This document shows positions 46,101-60,499 of a stretch of 64,000 nucleotides of DNA, piece after piece (position 1 is the stretch's first letter; every line of letters starts with the position of its first letter). This stretch comes from Azolla caroliniana (taxonomy: Eukaryota; Plantae; Polypodiophyta): positions 24,552,001 to 24,616,000 of the forward strand of contig JBHGNT010000002.1 in NCBI GenBank assembly GCA_043228905.1. Reading direction: 5' to 3'. The notes beneath the pieces were generated by a model that was given only the letters and a program-made list of their open reading frames with translations, was not told where the DNA came from and did not search any database. A program made the translations under genes and the position numbers.

Positions 46101-47973
46101 ATTGAGTGATTCTTTTTGTTTATTAGGCCTTGTGCCCTTCATTTTCCTACAGAAATTACAGCTTCGGCCCAAATACTGACAAAGATACAAACATTTGCAG
46201 GAAGGTTTGGGGGGGGGGGGGCTGAATTCTTGATTAGAATATCTTAGAAAGTGTTAGTATCAAAGGATCTTACTCTCCTGCACTTGCTCACATAATTTGC
46301 AAGGCCAAACTGTTTTGTTCATGAAGGTATATCTTGGTGGCCTGGTATTCATTTGAAGTACCATATTCCTTGTTCTTGAAAACCTTGTAAGAAATTTACT
46401 TCAAAAGATCTTCTATTGCATGCTGGATCATGCATGTTCAAACTATTTCTTCATGTCTTGAGACTTGAATGTTAACTCTCCAAAAATTACAGTTGTGAAC
46501 TCTTTTATGCTACCCAATGAATTCAATGAAAATACTTTTTCCATTTTCTTTGGGGTTAGCATTCTCTTTTCTTTATTTTTGAGAATGACTCTATGCAGTG
46601 ACATAAAAAGTCGCTTGACTAGCTCCTTGTATACTCCACTTTCCATACCACACACGTTTTGTCACTGTTGTAACATCTAGGCTTCTAGTTGGTTGATTGC
46701 TATACCATCATGCATGTTTCACGCGGCTTATGGATCGGGATTCGGGTATATGAATTTCTCTAGTGAAGTATAAATGTTACATATCTAAAAGCTTGATGTT
46801 ATCGATATATGAATGATTTAAGTTGAGTATGTAGATGGTATCTGGGTATTGAGCTAATCGGAGATGTCTCTTTGGCGAGAATGCTAAATTGATACCTTTG
46901 TGGCCCAGGTTTTATAGGATGCATCATGGGGTGTACGGTAGTGATGTTTGTATGTGCATTATTTTTAAGAATCTCGTCAGAGAGAGTACTACTCGGGCCA
47001 TATTTTGAGTATTTTATGTGTTAGCTAATAGAGATCACGTGGTCGTTAGTTCAAGAGAGAGATGTAGCTCCTGTGGAAATTGCATTCAACTTCACATTTC
47101 CCAATGACATCTAGTAACTTAGTGGAGTTTGATAGGATTTCAATCCAGGTGCACACGTTTTTAAAAACATGGCTTGCCACCAAGATTCAACCCTAACACA
47201 GAAAAAGAGACTGAAATCTCATACATTCAACCCCTTCCATTCCCCATGAGAGAAAGAAAGAAAGATATATTAAAGTCTACTAGAGGCCAAAATCAGCCTA
47301 TGAGACAGATCACAATTATAAAATGTTGGTGAATTCATGTCATCCATACTAAAAACAAAAATAAAAGCTCTAGGTTTCCTAAAGCTTGATGATCATTATT
47401 TGAATGCATGTGGTGGATCGAGTTTTTAGATTGTTTACAAGCGTGAAGTGCATAGCTAATATGTATGAGAATAGTGGTGACTGGACTTTGTATCCAAGGT
47501 TGACTGATGCGGTGGGAAATGATGCCATGAAAAATCAGACATGGTGAACAGTTATCCCCATTATTTGGTGATGTACAGTAGGGGAAGGCAGAGAGCTATG
47601 GGAGAAATCAGTGATATGTGGTTTCTGTTGCATCTGGCATGCTAATGTAAAGTTTGATCCCTATTCTTTTGAAGCTCGATCAACATTTGGCCAAACTGTT
47701 ATGGGTCGCCCGTCTCTTTCATTTGTGAAATAGAGTCCGCGTAGAGGGTAGCATACTTCTTTTTGACGTGGTTGAAAGCTGGTCCTCACTTTTGATCTCT
47801 ACTTCACAAAACTTGCAGAATCTTTCATGTCTAGGTGTGGGAAGTGCTTGTCCTGCCTTGATCTCTAGTTGGTGGGAGGAAACTCTGAGTTGGTCTATTG
47901 CTTTCTGAGAAGTATAGGGCATGTGGATGTCCATGTACCTCGGTTCTCTGTATGAATTCATGATCCATCCTCT

Positions 47974-48024
<51 letters not shown>

Positions 48025-50252
48025 ATGTACTTTTATTTCAGGGGGATGAGAAGAGTTACTTACGAGTTCATCTTGGGACTCGTGAGGTATGTTCTGTTCA
48101 TGACAATTATGGTGTTTATTATCTAATTATTACATGCCTTCAATAAGTGGACAACAGTATATTCTTTTTGAATAATCTCTTGCTGGACTCACTGGCATAC
48201 AGCCTGATGGGCCTCTTCCATTTCGGGAACTTCATGGGCACTGCCCTGTTCCATAGTGAAATGTTTGGATGTGATCTATACTCTGTGGAAAGCGCTCCGA
48301 GTGTATGGACTTTCCAATTGATCCCTTTTCTCATATGACTGGGAATGGTGCTCAGTGACAACACTTCCGTTGTCACTGCCTTGGTCTCTTTCGCCACCAT
48401 GATAGCAGCCCCCTCGTCATGTTCATGATGTTAATTTTTGGGCTCATCTTTCTATGGCTTGTGCTACTCTTTATTAAATCCTGGAATTCAGCTTTCTCAG
48501 CCACTGGTTGGACTGGATGGGTGCATCTAATTAAAGTTCTTGTTACCTGTGAGAGCAGCATGGGTCGTGCCAGAAAAGACATTATCTTGATATTATAATC
48601 AAAATGAATTTACAGAAAGCATGAATTAGTCATCATGTGCATGTTCTTATAAGCTATCAAATGCATCATTTTAATAATGATTTACTTTCAGGTTATTCCA
48701 GCATTTGAGGAAGCTATATTGACCATGAATTTGGGTGGTATCAGAAGGTATTTTCTCTAACTTCTTCAATATACGTTTTTTCAGAAAGTTTATGAATGTG
48801 AAGGATTGGTGCTCCCTGGTGCTTGGTAGGAGCATTTAACTGCCTAGGTTTTTGAATTTCATGTAAATGTTATACATCTAATAATCACATTGAAAGATTG
48901 ATTAATTCGAGATTCATAATATTTGGTCAGATGAATTAGTGGTAAACTTTTATGGTTGAGCACTTGTCTGTCATTCACAAGTAAATTCTAACCTTTCACT
49001 CCTAGGGGTTAACCCTTACGCACAGGAACACATTTCTCTAGTTCAGAAATTCGCTCTTAAAAATAAGCAGCAACAAGCAGTGTTAAAAGGCTCCGACAAT
49101 TTTTTGTGGTTGATTTACTGTTCAGTTTTCCATTATCAGAAGCTCAATGTATATTGATAATTGATTTGATTGGCAGCTATGCCTTGTACATTCATCCCAA
49201 TTCTAGTATTTATGTGGTGCTGTATGCAGGATCATTGTGCCACCTGAGCTCGGATATCCTGATAATGATTTCAACAAGGCGGGTCCAAGGCCTACAACTT
49301 TCTCGGTAATTTATAGGAATTATATAAGCTGTCCCTGTCTTTCCTTACCTTGAATCTAATTGCATCCATGATGAAGTTTCATAATTTTCGTTGAATCTCT
49401 ATATTTAACTTAGTATAAATGCACATTGTTGATTGCTCAACAAATAGGCCTGATAAGGTTATTCTAACCCCCTGATGCATTTATAGCATTTTTAGTCCTA
49501 GGTGATCGTTCTCTAGGAGCATTTCTCTCTGTCAAAACTTTCCCATGCTAGAACGTTTTTATGCATGACAGCCACGGAACGTACAGTTCTTCATTCAGAG
49601 ATATCTTCATACACTGACTATACGTATATAAAACTATTTGCTGATATAATGTACATGTATAAAACAAATTGGAACAGTGTGCTCAATTTAGGATGCACGC
49701 AATTTGATTGAAGTATAAATTCTGTAGATCTCTTGAAGGAAATGTGGCCTCTATTTATCTTCTGGCTACACAATCAACGTATTCAATCATTCACTTTGGG
49801 ATATCTCATGTAGAAACTACCTAACATAATCAATGAAGAGGACCAGATCTCTGAAGCATACACTTTGTTTGCTTCCTCATATCTTTGAAGAGATGTTATG
49901 ATATCATAATAAGCGTGATTAAAGTATTTTTATGTCCCCCGACAGGAACATGCATTTCTTTGATTGACAAACAATTATACTGGCTATATTGCTTCCTAAT
50001 GTTCCATTCTGTTTTCTTATTGTATTATTCATCCTTAGTAATATTTTCATTCATGTTTTTTTTATAGTGGGGTTAGTTTTCTAATGCATATTCGTTTTGT
50101 ATTATTGGGCAGTATTTTCGTAGAGTTTAAAATGTTGGGTTATGCTTTTCTTGCAGGGACAAAGGGCCCTTGATTTTGTTTTGAAGAACCAGGGTCTAAT
50201 TGATAAGACATTATTGTTTGACATAGAGCTTCTGAAAATAATTCCAAACTAG
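43189..50252 (+). CDS. FKBP19: Chloroplast thylakoid-lumen FKBP-type peptidyl-prolyl isomerase, about 10 exons
   Basis: Tat motif KRRDIL, AAASEFADMPALRGKDYGKT, VDWDGYTIGYYGRIFEARNKAKGGSFEG, VIPAFEEA, IIVPPELGYP, GPRPTTFSGQRALDFVL.NQGLIDKTLLFDIELLKI; start codon and first two exons less certain. Confidence 0.92.
47600..47975 (-). mobile_element. Non-LTR retrotransposon 3' fragment (RTE/L2-like) in an FKBP19 intron
   Basis: QLRVSSHQLEIKAG...PRHERFCKFCEVEIKSEDQ matches the LRxSSHxLxIExGR..R.CxxC..E.E.H C-terminal motif. Confidence 0.7.
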
Positions 50253-51754
50253 AAACTTTCCCTTGAGCATACATATTAAGGGGTAAGACCCCTTTTTATA
50301 TTCTCTGAAGGGAACAAAAACACTTGTGTATGCCTCTCAAGTTAAATCTCTTCGACCTTTGACATGTTTCACAAGAAGTTTGTCATTAAAGATCATTATG
50401 AACCATCTATCCAATATTGTTTATCTTGTATATGTGAGCATAACACATGATGGATATGGAATCATTTTTCAATATGTTTTCCATAAAAGAAAAAGTCGGT
50501 AAGTATCAACCACCATGTGGATATAGTAGTTATTGTAAGTACATGAGGTCGATGCTTACGGAAAAATCCATTTCCATTTTAGGAAAAGTAATATATGGCA
50601 TTAATGAAGATGTTATGAAACTAAGCATGAGAACCCACAACCTTGTGTGGATTACCTCCTACCCCTAGGCTGGGTAAGATCATCGTAATAAAGAACTGAA
50701 GGAGTACAATTATCATACATTTTTATTGAAAGAGTTAGTAACTATCATGGTAAAATGAGGATTGAAGCTCCATGCTCGCATGATGTCAATGATCTTGCTA
50801 TTGTCAGTGCTCACGATTTTTCATGGTTCAACAACTAGAGCTCTCCTAGCACCAAACTTTGGGATTGATCAAATTTTAAGTTGACAACAATGGTGTTATG
50901 TACATGTCATATGCTTCACCCCTTTTTTTTCAATGGTATTGGCATTGACCAATGTATAAAGAGAACTCTCATTCTCTACACTTAGTTGCTTGGCTCATCG
51001 GTGGCATTTGGGTCACCACTTTGGTATAAGCACACAATGGCATTCGGTTTTAATGGTTTTTAATATGAGAGGGAGGGTAAAGCTTAGTGTCTTCCCTAGT
51101 GGAAGGAGATTAAGACAACATGAAAGCCAACTTAGGTTAGATCTCTTTCACTATCTTTCCCCACTTCTCTTGCCTAATCTTAATCAAGCATCTAAATACA
51201 TGAGCTTTTTGTCTCAAATATTTATGTTTCATGCATATTTAGTGCAATGATGATTAATAAAAATGTTGTGATTCTTTCATTGTGAATTTATCATTAAATT
51301 AATTAAAGTTAAATTGTTTACATTACGTTTAATAAGTCAAGTTTTTCTTATTTTACCTAAGCATTAGAGTTGAGATTTTAGTGTGGAATTTGGGGAAGTG
51401 GTTAGCACTCTATGAGTGGCTTAGGAATGACTAACGCTTGTCCCTTCTCATGTCACAATATTGGCAACTAAGTTATTATCATTGTCATGGATTTGGGTGT
51501 CTACTACCAATGACAATCTTGAGGGCTTTCTATATTACACATTAATATCCCCATTTCAATGGCACCATAAATATGCGTGATGGGTTTGTTATCCCAATGT
51601 TTAATCTCAATTACAAGTTGGTTAGGTTGCAAAAATATGGTTTTTTTTTTGTTCCGAAGAGTCATATAGCTTATGTAAATATTGCTTAGGTTTCCTACCA
51701 ATATTACAACAATTTGTTTTTGGACATGTCATACTCGCAAGATGGCCAACAATC

Positions 51755-51825
51755 ATCTCAACGGGAATCGAACCTACAACAACCAAGGGCCTTACAAAAT
51801 GTTGAAGGCACTAATATTTAAACTT
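51755..51825 (-). mobile_element. Degenerate tRNA-derived SINE-like head
   Basis: Minus strand B box GGTTCGATTCCC with a weak upstream A-box-like segment. Confidence 0.3.
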
Positions 51826-51972
51826 TCTTCAAAATTTGGGGAAGAAGTACTTTGTAAGAAACCATGGACTCTTCTCAATTGTAGATGGATTTGATTGATG
51901 TGCATAATTGTAGAAACAATTTAAGAAAAACAGAGATTCTTTACAGCCTAGGATATTAGACACATCGTACAA

Positions 51973-53630
51973 TGTCGTCATGACATAGTGTGACAAAAAG
52001 GTAGAAAATGGAAAAAAGGGCAAGCCCACACGTAATTGCATGAGGAGAAGAGGGCTTAGTTCGGGTCGCCCATTTTGAGTTTGGCGTGGACCATTAGGTT
52101 TCGTTTCCTCTTCTTCTTCCTCTTCAAACTTTAGGGTTTTGCATCTTACTCTTTCTTTCTTCTTCTTCTTTTCCTCAATGTACTTGAGGATTTAGGGGTT
52201 TATTTTCCATCTTCTTTGCAAGGAGTCTTCTTAGTTCTTCTCCCTTTTAGGGTTTCTTATTGGTTTTCTTCGTCGACGCTTCTTCTACTTTTCAAGATAC
52301 TTACCTACTTACTTTTGCTTCAAAGGTTTAGTCTTCTCCTCCACAACGAAGAACGCTACGCGTTAGCGATTTTGAGAGAAGGGTTAGACTACCTCGCACT
52401 CCGGCCATTGAAGGGAGGATGAAGTGATACGAGAACACTACACCGTCATCCGGGTGTTGTAGCCAATGGTGGTAGTTGTGGTCCCACTGGCTCACTTGAC
52501 TCACCATCATCGAAAACTCCATAACATCCCTTTCGTTTGTTTTGTATTCGTTTTGTGCTCAAATCGTATGACCATTTTGCAAAAACCACTGAGATCATGA
52601 TACTCTAGTCCTAATAGTTGCAAACCCTAATTTGTAAAAAGATCCTTGTATATTTTTTCTTGCATATTTGTCTTAATCTCGTGTACATCCCCTTAATCAC
52701 GTGTTAATCATTGTTTGAGTTTGGGCTCCCTTCAACTATGGGGACCTTTCAATACTAGGCTCCCTTCGAGTTTAGGACCTATAAACCGCACCTTCTAGGT
52801 CCTTGTGACCTCCCTAGTCCAAGACCCCATGTGGTCCCTCTCAAGTAGCACATGCACATGTGTTTTCGTGACATAATTTGGTGAACTTGAAGTGAAAGAG
52901 TGACATGGGAAAATGACAACAGAAAAAGAAGATTTTGTAGAGATGATGTCAAGATCGATGATAAGATTTGTGGAGGAAAGTGAGAAACGAGAAGTGGTTT
53001 AACATGCCATCGAGAGTGTGGTCGAAAAAGTCAATCGTTTCAACAATGACGAAGTTCCAAAATTTTTACAAGCCCACAATGCCAAAAGGACTAAGAGGGA
53101 TGTGGACTAGGCAATGAGGCTCAAATCTTTTGCCGAGTGGTGGTCGTGTGGATGCATGAAGAGGTCAAAAAACTTCAAGAAGCTCATGACTCAGTGGGAA
53201 TCCTTCGAGGAAGCATTGTTAGAGAACTACAACTACGAAGAACCGAAAGGACGAGGCAGGTGCGAGTTCGACCTATGGGTAACATTGACTAAGGCCACCA
53301 AAGTGATACACATACATTCATGGAGTTTGAGCATCGTTTTGCTCGACGAGCGAGATTAAAGACTGGTGGGGGTGGATAAGTTCTTAACGTTCGTAAAGTT
53401 GATCAATCGAAAGGAAAGGATGATGAGTTTGGACTCCCTTCGATTATGGGTTCCCCTAGAATCGGAGCTTCCTTTGAGCCTAGGTTCCGTTTGCTATGCG
53501 CTCCCTACGAGTCTGCGGATCCTTTGAGTCCAAGACCTATCCTTTGTGCCTTCTCAGCCCTTGTGACGTCTCTAGTCCAAGATTCCCTGTTATACCATTG
53601 GAATAGCACACACGCACGTTTTTGCAACAA
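51973..53630 (+). mobile_element. Degenerate, internally deleted LTR retrotransposon (LTR, gag remnant, partial LTR)
   Basis: 52720-52873 is imperfectly repeated at 53427-53630, both ending gcaca..cac..gtttt..aca; stop-riddled gag-like frame 52906-53420 (AIESVVEKVNRFNNDEVPKFL). Confidence 0.6.
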
Positions 53631-55317
53631 CGTAGGCTTTAGTACGCAAATAACGAACAAAGGCTATCGATTCTTTGAGATCATGCTAAACACTAATTTC
53701 TTGATAATCCGGGGGACCAGGATAATCAAATTCAAATTTCTATAAATTTCCTTAAAATTCTCAACCCTTAATAAAATGTCATGTCACAAGAAAAGAAGAC
53801 ATCATGTGCATAGTACAATATGATGCCTTGTCTCTTAGATTACAACATCGAAAAAAGAAGAGCTAATGTAAACCACAATAAAAAGCAAAATTTATTTTTA
53901 AAAACAATAATTCGATTGATATTATGAGGACATCTTGCTTAAAAACGCGTGTGTTATAAAGAAAATGAGGACTTATATTTTTTTTTTCTAAGAGAAGTCA
54001 TTATAAGACGGGTCATTTTTTATAAAAAGAAACAATAGATTTCTCTTTAATACACAAAGTGTGAATAATAAACCTCAAGGTTTTAGAAAAAAGTCAATAA
54101 TACCCCTCTTCATATAGGTATCTAAAACTATTGTCACCTTACAATCATGGTAAAAACTTAAAAGGTGTCTAGGTATACCCACAACATTCTTCAAATAAAA
54201 TTTTACCGGATATCCCCCTTGAAAATATGCTTATAATCTCCGTCTAACCCCATCTATAGTTTCTCACTCTTCAAAGTGAAAAGAGAAAGAGAAAAAGAAA
54301 AGTATCTCGTAAACAAAAAAAACATTGCTACTGGAATGTCTTTTTTTTGCTTAATGGATTTGGAATATAGTAGGTGTCAAATTCTTTCATGCTCGATGGC
54401 TAGAATGGTTTGGGGGTGTATCAAATTAGCATGGGTGTTTTTGACTAGAGTAAAACTATCTTCATTCAAGTGGGGTTTTGCCTCATTTCCAAAATGTTTT
54501 TGAGTTATTGAGGCTATGGTTCAATTGGAATATATGGAATGCCTTAACTATTGATTCATAAAGTTAAAATGACTTCTTCTGTGGCAATTGGTAGTGTTAG
54601 AGAAGTCACAAAATCTCAATTCTGAAGAGAGCCAACTATGCGAGGTGGCATGTCATCATATTTGGCATCGGAATTCACAGTAATATTTAGATCCTTAGGG
54701 GTCTATACTTAGTAGTAAAAAAAGTCATGGTGATGTTTTTTCTTTTGTAATGAAAGACATTGTTCTATGGAAAGAGAGAGAGAAAGAGAAAGAGAAAGAA
54801 AGAAAGAAAGATATGCTAATGTCTTCTAAGGCCAAATTTGGCCCATGAGACAATTGGTTTACAACAAAATGGGGTGTTTACCCAATCATCGAAGATAAAA
54901 TAAAATAAAATAAAATAGGACCTAAGCTAAAAGAGATAGATAGATAGATAGATAGCGAGAGCCAAGAGAGAGAAAAGAAAGGCGAAAGAGAAGGAGGAAG
55001 TGATAGGAGATTTTTAAAGACAAGGGCACCTTGAATTCTCCTTGAATTTCCACCAGAAAATGAGGGGTATAAGGGAGGGTTTTTTTGTGGAGTGCAAGGG
55101 CTAATGCCATCGAGTGGATTGAAAACTGGCCACGAGGAGGATATCGTGTCGAGAAAGACCCTCCTGGGGAGGATGGGTATATGTCATTTGGTCTGCCCAC
55201 GAGATGCCCCACGAGAACTTTGAGAATGAATTCCATGAAGGCACATTACATTACATACACGATACTGAAGAAAGAACCTTGGAAAAACCTACCCCCTCTG
55301 GGCTCTGTGCACCAAGA

Positions 55318-55370
55318 GAAGAAGAAGAAGAAGAAGAAGAAGAAGAAGAAGAAGAAGAAGAAGAAGAAGA
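55318..55370 (+). repeat. (GAA)n microsatellite
   Basis: About 17 perfect GAA units. Confidence 0.95.
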
Positions 55371-55476
55371 GAATGGGGGCTGGAGGGGCATTTGTTTTGT
55401 AAAATAAGTGAAAGGGTAGTTTCTGTAAATATAAGAAGCCCTCGCATATTCATTCATTCCCCTTTCCCTTCTCTTT

Positions 55477-55515
<39 letters not shown>

Positions 55516-55567
55516 CAATTGCAGTAGAAAGTTCTGTAGCAGCAAAATCGTTCGATCGAGCTCCGCG

Positions 55568-58500
55568 ATGGCTTCTAAAACCCTTACCATAGGCTCTCCT
55601 GCTCCCTACTTCCAGGTGCTCATCATCATCATCATCATCATCATCATCTTCCTTCTTTCTTCATCTTCTTTCTTTGATTCTTTGTTTCTTTGTTTCTTTG
55701 ATTTTGATTTTACCTCGCACACAGTTATTTACCTCTTTTCTTTTCTTCTTGTTCTTCTCTCTCTCTCTCTTGCAGCTTCCGGAGCCTTTGAGTGGAATCA
55801 CATGGAAGCTTGATGATTATTCTGATAAATCCGCACTTCTGGTATGAAATCATTCTCTTTCTCCACACACACACACGCAGGTTTTTTTTTTGTAAACAAA
55901 AATACATGCTTTTCATCACGATAAGGAAATACGAAACAACCTACGTTGTTTATGTTTTTCGATTATTTTCCTTTAACTTCGCTAGCTTCTTTGAGAAAGT
56001 ACTGAACATTTGATCTATGTGATCACGAGTATGACTGGAAAATTGACCTTAACATTCTGAAACACTCCTAGCTCTACAAGTACGCTTATTTGCTATGCCT
56101 AATGATATTTTCAAGTTGCATAGTGTGTGCTTCAATATGATCTTGAAGAGGACCCCTTCCTAGTTCTATTATGGTACATCGCACTAATATATGCAATTGA
56201 CACACGTGTGTATGTTATATTATATGTGTACTCATATTTGGATTTGATAGTGTGTGATTTGTAAATTAAAATCCTGAGATGTTGTTATGTTTGGGGAACT
56301 TTAAAAAGATTAATATACCAAGCAGTGATATTGCAATAGAATGACATTTTTTATTTTTGGCATCCATATCCTCTAACGCAATAAGAATGATACAATTTAA
56401 AATTAGCTTTTTTTTTTCTCGATGATATGTATCATGTCACTTGTAAGGTTAATATTCTTCATCAATCATAGCAGATAATGATACTGCAATTTAATCAGAG
56501 TCACGCTCCTCCTAAAATTAAGTAGCATTATTTCACATACCATACATTTTAGGAAAAATGTGAAATTAAAGCTTAAAATTGGATGTTTCACCTTTTGTCT
56601 TAAGAAAGAGAGGATTGATTTGTTGAAATTGAACTTAATGCTTTTAAACTTCTTAATATTCATGTTATTGCAAGCTTTATAGGAGTCACTTTAGATAAAA
56701 TAATGCAAACCCAATCCTAAAATATGAAAAGATTGGGAGGTAATGTGAGAAGAACAACTTAAAACTTTAAGATGGAATCTTAATGCACTGTGGCTTGCTG
56801 CCCCATGTAAGACTCTAGAGCAAAGATTATTTATTTTTCAAGTTTCATATTTATGATGCACATGCCATGGATGTTAACATCATATTTTTAACATTTTTCT
56901 GCTCAGGTTATCTTCATTTGTAACCATTGCCCATATGTTGTTCATATCAAGGAGGGTTTGTCAGATTTTGCAAAGGAATACTATACTGTATGTTGATCAT
57001 TTCTGTCTTTCAAGTTGTAGCTGAACACTAATGTTGTAGCTTTATCTAAATTACCAAGATATGTTTATACAGAAATAGGTCAATATTGTGCTGATGCTTG
57101 TTCTTCTTTTCTCTGATTGATGTAAAGAAAGGACTGGCTATAGCTGCAATCTCCTCCAACTCAGTGAAGTCACATCCACAGGTATGGGCATATCGCTCAG
57201 AACTCTTATTTGAACCACTGAACCATTTCTTATGAAATAAAAAATTAAGGAAAAAATAGACCCCAATGGCTGTTTAAAGAATTACCTAATTGTGTGAAGA
57301 AATGTATATATTGCAACTCGCTAGTGGTACATATGCCATAGTTTTTGGCACCTGATGTCTTATGTGTTGGTTAGTTACATAAGCGTTTATAAGTGGCTGA
57401 TTCTATGATTCTGTCAAGTGTTGGTTACGTATGTATTAATGGTTCTGTCAAATCCTATTCCACACCTGTATCATGCTATTTGAGATTTAAGGAAATGTGA
57501 ATCAAACACATAAACTTTATCACTCTATTTTAGATTTAATCAAATTTGAATTAAACTCTTAAAATATAGCTTTTAAAATTTAACTCTTAAAATTTAAAGT
57601 TGAAAGTATAAAATGTAGAGTATAGATTGTAGGTAAAATAATGAACCCCTAACTTCAGAAGAGAACTCTGCAAATGAAATAGTACAATGTTTCAAACTTT
57701 CTCCACAATGTACTGAGCTCATAATAATAATCTCCAAGCTAATATTGACCCCTATGTGCAAAAGAGGATTCCTCTGCAAGGGAGTTAGTACACTTAGCAC
57801 AATGTATCAAACTTAGTACACTTTTTGGAAAGTCTTTTCACAATGCTTAAAGTGTTTCTACGTTGAAAAGAAATATGGATTTATCAATTATATATATCTT
57901 AGTGTATTGGGAATATATTAGTTCATAATCCACTTCAAATGTCAGATTGAATCTGAACTCGTATGTTCTCTTTCTTTTAAATATTTTATATTTTAGGATG
58001 GGCCAGAGTTCATGGCAGCTGATGCAAAGAAGTATGACTATGTCTTCCCATATCTCTATGATGAGGTAAGATTTCTTACGGAACATTACTGGATTTTAGA
58101 ATTGTAATAAACTGTTTGCATTGTTTTGGGTTAGAGAAAATTAATGATCATTCAAATGGGCTTTTGCAAGTGAGGCGTGGATATGCATCTCAGTGCTTTT
58201 GTAGTTAATCTGGTTGCATCCTGGAAAGTTCAGTTCCAAAAATGTCTTATTTAAATGTCACAAGATTAGGCATTTTCAATAATAGGGGTTCTGAGATCTC
58301 ATCTTATCATGGTCCAGAAAAGTTATGTGTGCATTACAAAGATTACTATGTAGGTCTCGACTCTCAGGATAAAAATAAAAATTTAAAATAAAAATTATCC
58401 TGTAGATAGGTTTATGGTTCATATCATTTTGGAATATTGATTGCAAAAACACCGTCCAAAAGATAGATGCGTGCTTCACGTCACCAATATTTTAAAAATC

Positions 58501-59477
58501 ATCCAGTAGACAGCATTGTGTTTTCAGTCATCTTGGATCCATTTCTCTTAAACTCATCCATTAAAATCTTGGATGATTTGTGCTTAAAGTCATTCAGTAG
58601 ATAGAACTATGTTATATTGTCTAGTTTATAAAAGTATTTCAGATAAACTATGCTTAACTATGTTTCCTGATTTGATTGATACAGTCACAAGCAGTAGCAA
58701 AGGCGTATGGTGCAGTGTGCACTCCAGACATATTCTTATTCAGAAAGGTATAATCCACGTTCTTGGTAGATGTTTTTGGATCAACGTGACCTTTATGACC
58801 AATTCTTTACCTATTTTTGAATGCCCTTTGATCAGGAGGGTGATAAATTTGTCCTTGCCTATCATGGACAATTTGATGATTCTCGTCCTAGAAGTGGAAA
58901 GCCAGCGAATGGCCAGTAAGTAATAATACTAGCTTGAAAGTGGAATTTAGCAGCAGTCTCTTATTTGTAACCATCTATGTTTGTCATAGGGATTTAAGAG
59001 CAGCAGTGGACTGTATATTGAATGGCAAGGAGATAGACTTCCCTCAAAAACCATGGTAAAGTATTTTGTTCCTATTTTTAGCAGTTGAGCTTATTGCATT
59101 TAGCCTAGCTCTAACCAACCCATCATCACGATTCAGGAAAAGAATAAAGGTAGAAACAATTTGTTGTTACTAAGCAAATTGTAGAACATGTTATATTATG
59201 TTTCATTCCAAAGAGTTGTGGCTGATGAATATGGAATTTGGAGCGCAATACAGATGCTAACAACCCTGAGAACTGGAGATTTGCAGCTGAAAGCAATTAT
59301 AAATGCATTTTCATATTAAAATTTGTGTGACAAAAATTTGACACCGAAGAAACCCAATCAAACCATGTTATGGCATAGAGGATTCTAATTAATGTTATAA
59401 GGTATGACTCACAATATGTTAAATGCTTTCTTTTATCTTTGTCTTGCAGTGTTGGGTGCAGCATTAAGTGGGGATGA
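55568..59477 (+). CDS. AhpC/TSA-family thioredoxin-like (peroxiredoxin-like) protein, 9 exons
   Basis: MASKTLTIGSPAPYFQ|LPEPLSG..|VIFICNHCPYV..|AISSNS..HPQ|DGPEFM..FPYLYDE|SQAVAKAYGAVCTPD..|YHGQFDDSRP..|DLRAAVD..QKPC|VGCSIKWG*. Confidence 0.92.
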
Positions 59478-60499
59478 GTGACGAACAACACATTTAGTGA
59501 ATAGACATGATTTTAATTACAATAACTAAGAGTTCCGAGCATTTAACAGTCAATCGTTGTAAACTAATGAATGTGAAGATTGGATGGTGAATAAGCACTT
59601 ACTGTGCATATTGTTTATGAATTGCATCCATGTATATTAATTAGTAGGTGTTTTTCACTCTTAAGTGTATGTGAACAACAATGCAATGAAATGCCCCCTA
59701 CAATATCATATTATAGTGCTTTATATTGAATTTGTTGGTTTTTTGTTTTGATGACAAATGATACAATCTATGGTAACAATGGCAACAGCATTGATCTATA
59801 ATTTGAAAATTTGGAGAGAGTTTAAACAGTTATATCATTGTATGCACATTATTCGTGTAATTAGATCTGTTTTCACTTCAAGTACTTCCTTCATTTGAAT
59901 GGCTGTCTACACAATTCTTTCTCTAAAAGCTCAAATATATAATTGTGGTGGTATAGTTGAAAAGCTAAATAGTAAGGCTGCGATTCTTCTTCCTCTGTTA
60001 GTTTCTGGCCTTTTACAAGTTGTTAAATAGCTCTGGAGTTCATTCATTTCATGAAATTATGGAGTCGTTTTTATAAATAGCTTTAACAATCAGTACATAA
60101 GATTTATAGCTTGCAAATTCACATGCAACTCGTGTTTTTAGACATTTTGGAGGTATGACCCCTAGTTCATTTATCATTGAATAACAAACCTTGAGTAACC
60201 TTGGGAGGCATCATCCTTATTTCATTTATCGTCAACTAATATCATTTAGTACCCCTAGTTTCTCTTTATGCAACTATCAAATTCAAAGCATTCACCTATG
60301 TGGCAATCTAAGAGATGTGGAGAGAGAGACATGTCATCCAAAATCCAATGAATAATTTTCTATCCAAACCCGATAAATAAATTTCATATATTAGTCCCAT
60401 GTATACTACTCATTCACCACAATAATACGAATTGAACTAGGGGTTATTCCTCATTGGTATGTTTATGAATCTTTTAGTGATGGTTTATATTACTAGCAA

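Noticed and set aside
55085-55457. Poly-K, poly-E and poly-S ORFs
   Set aside because: Three readings of the (GAA)n tract; the upstream part has no recognisable domain
59475-59504. TGA after ..SIKWG as selenocysteine or readthrough
   Set aside because: It falls at the normal family C-terminus, not at a Cys position, and land plants lack Sec machinery
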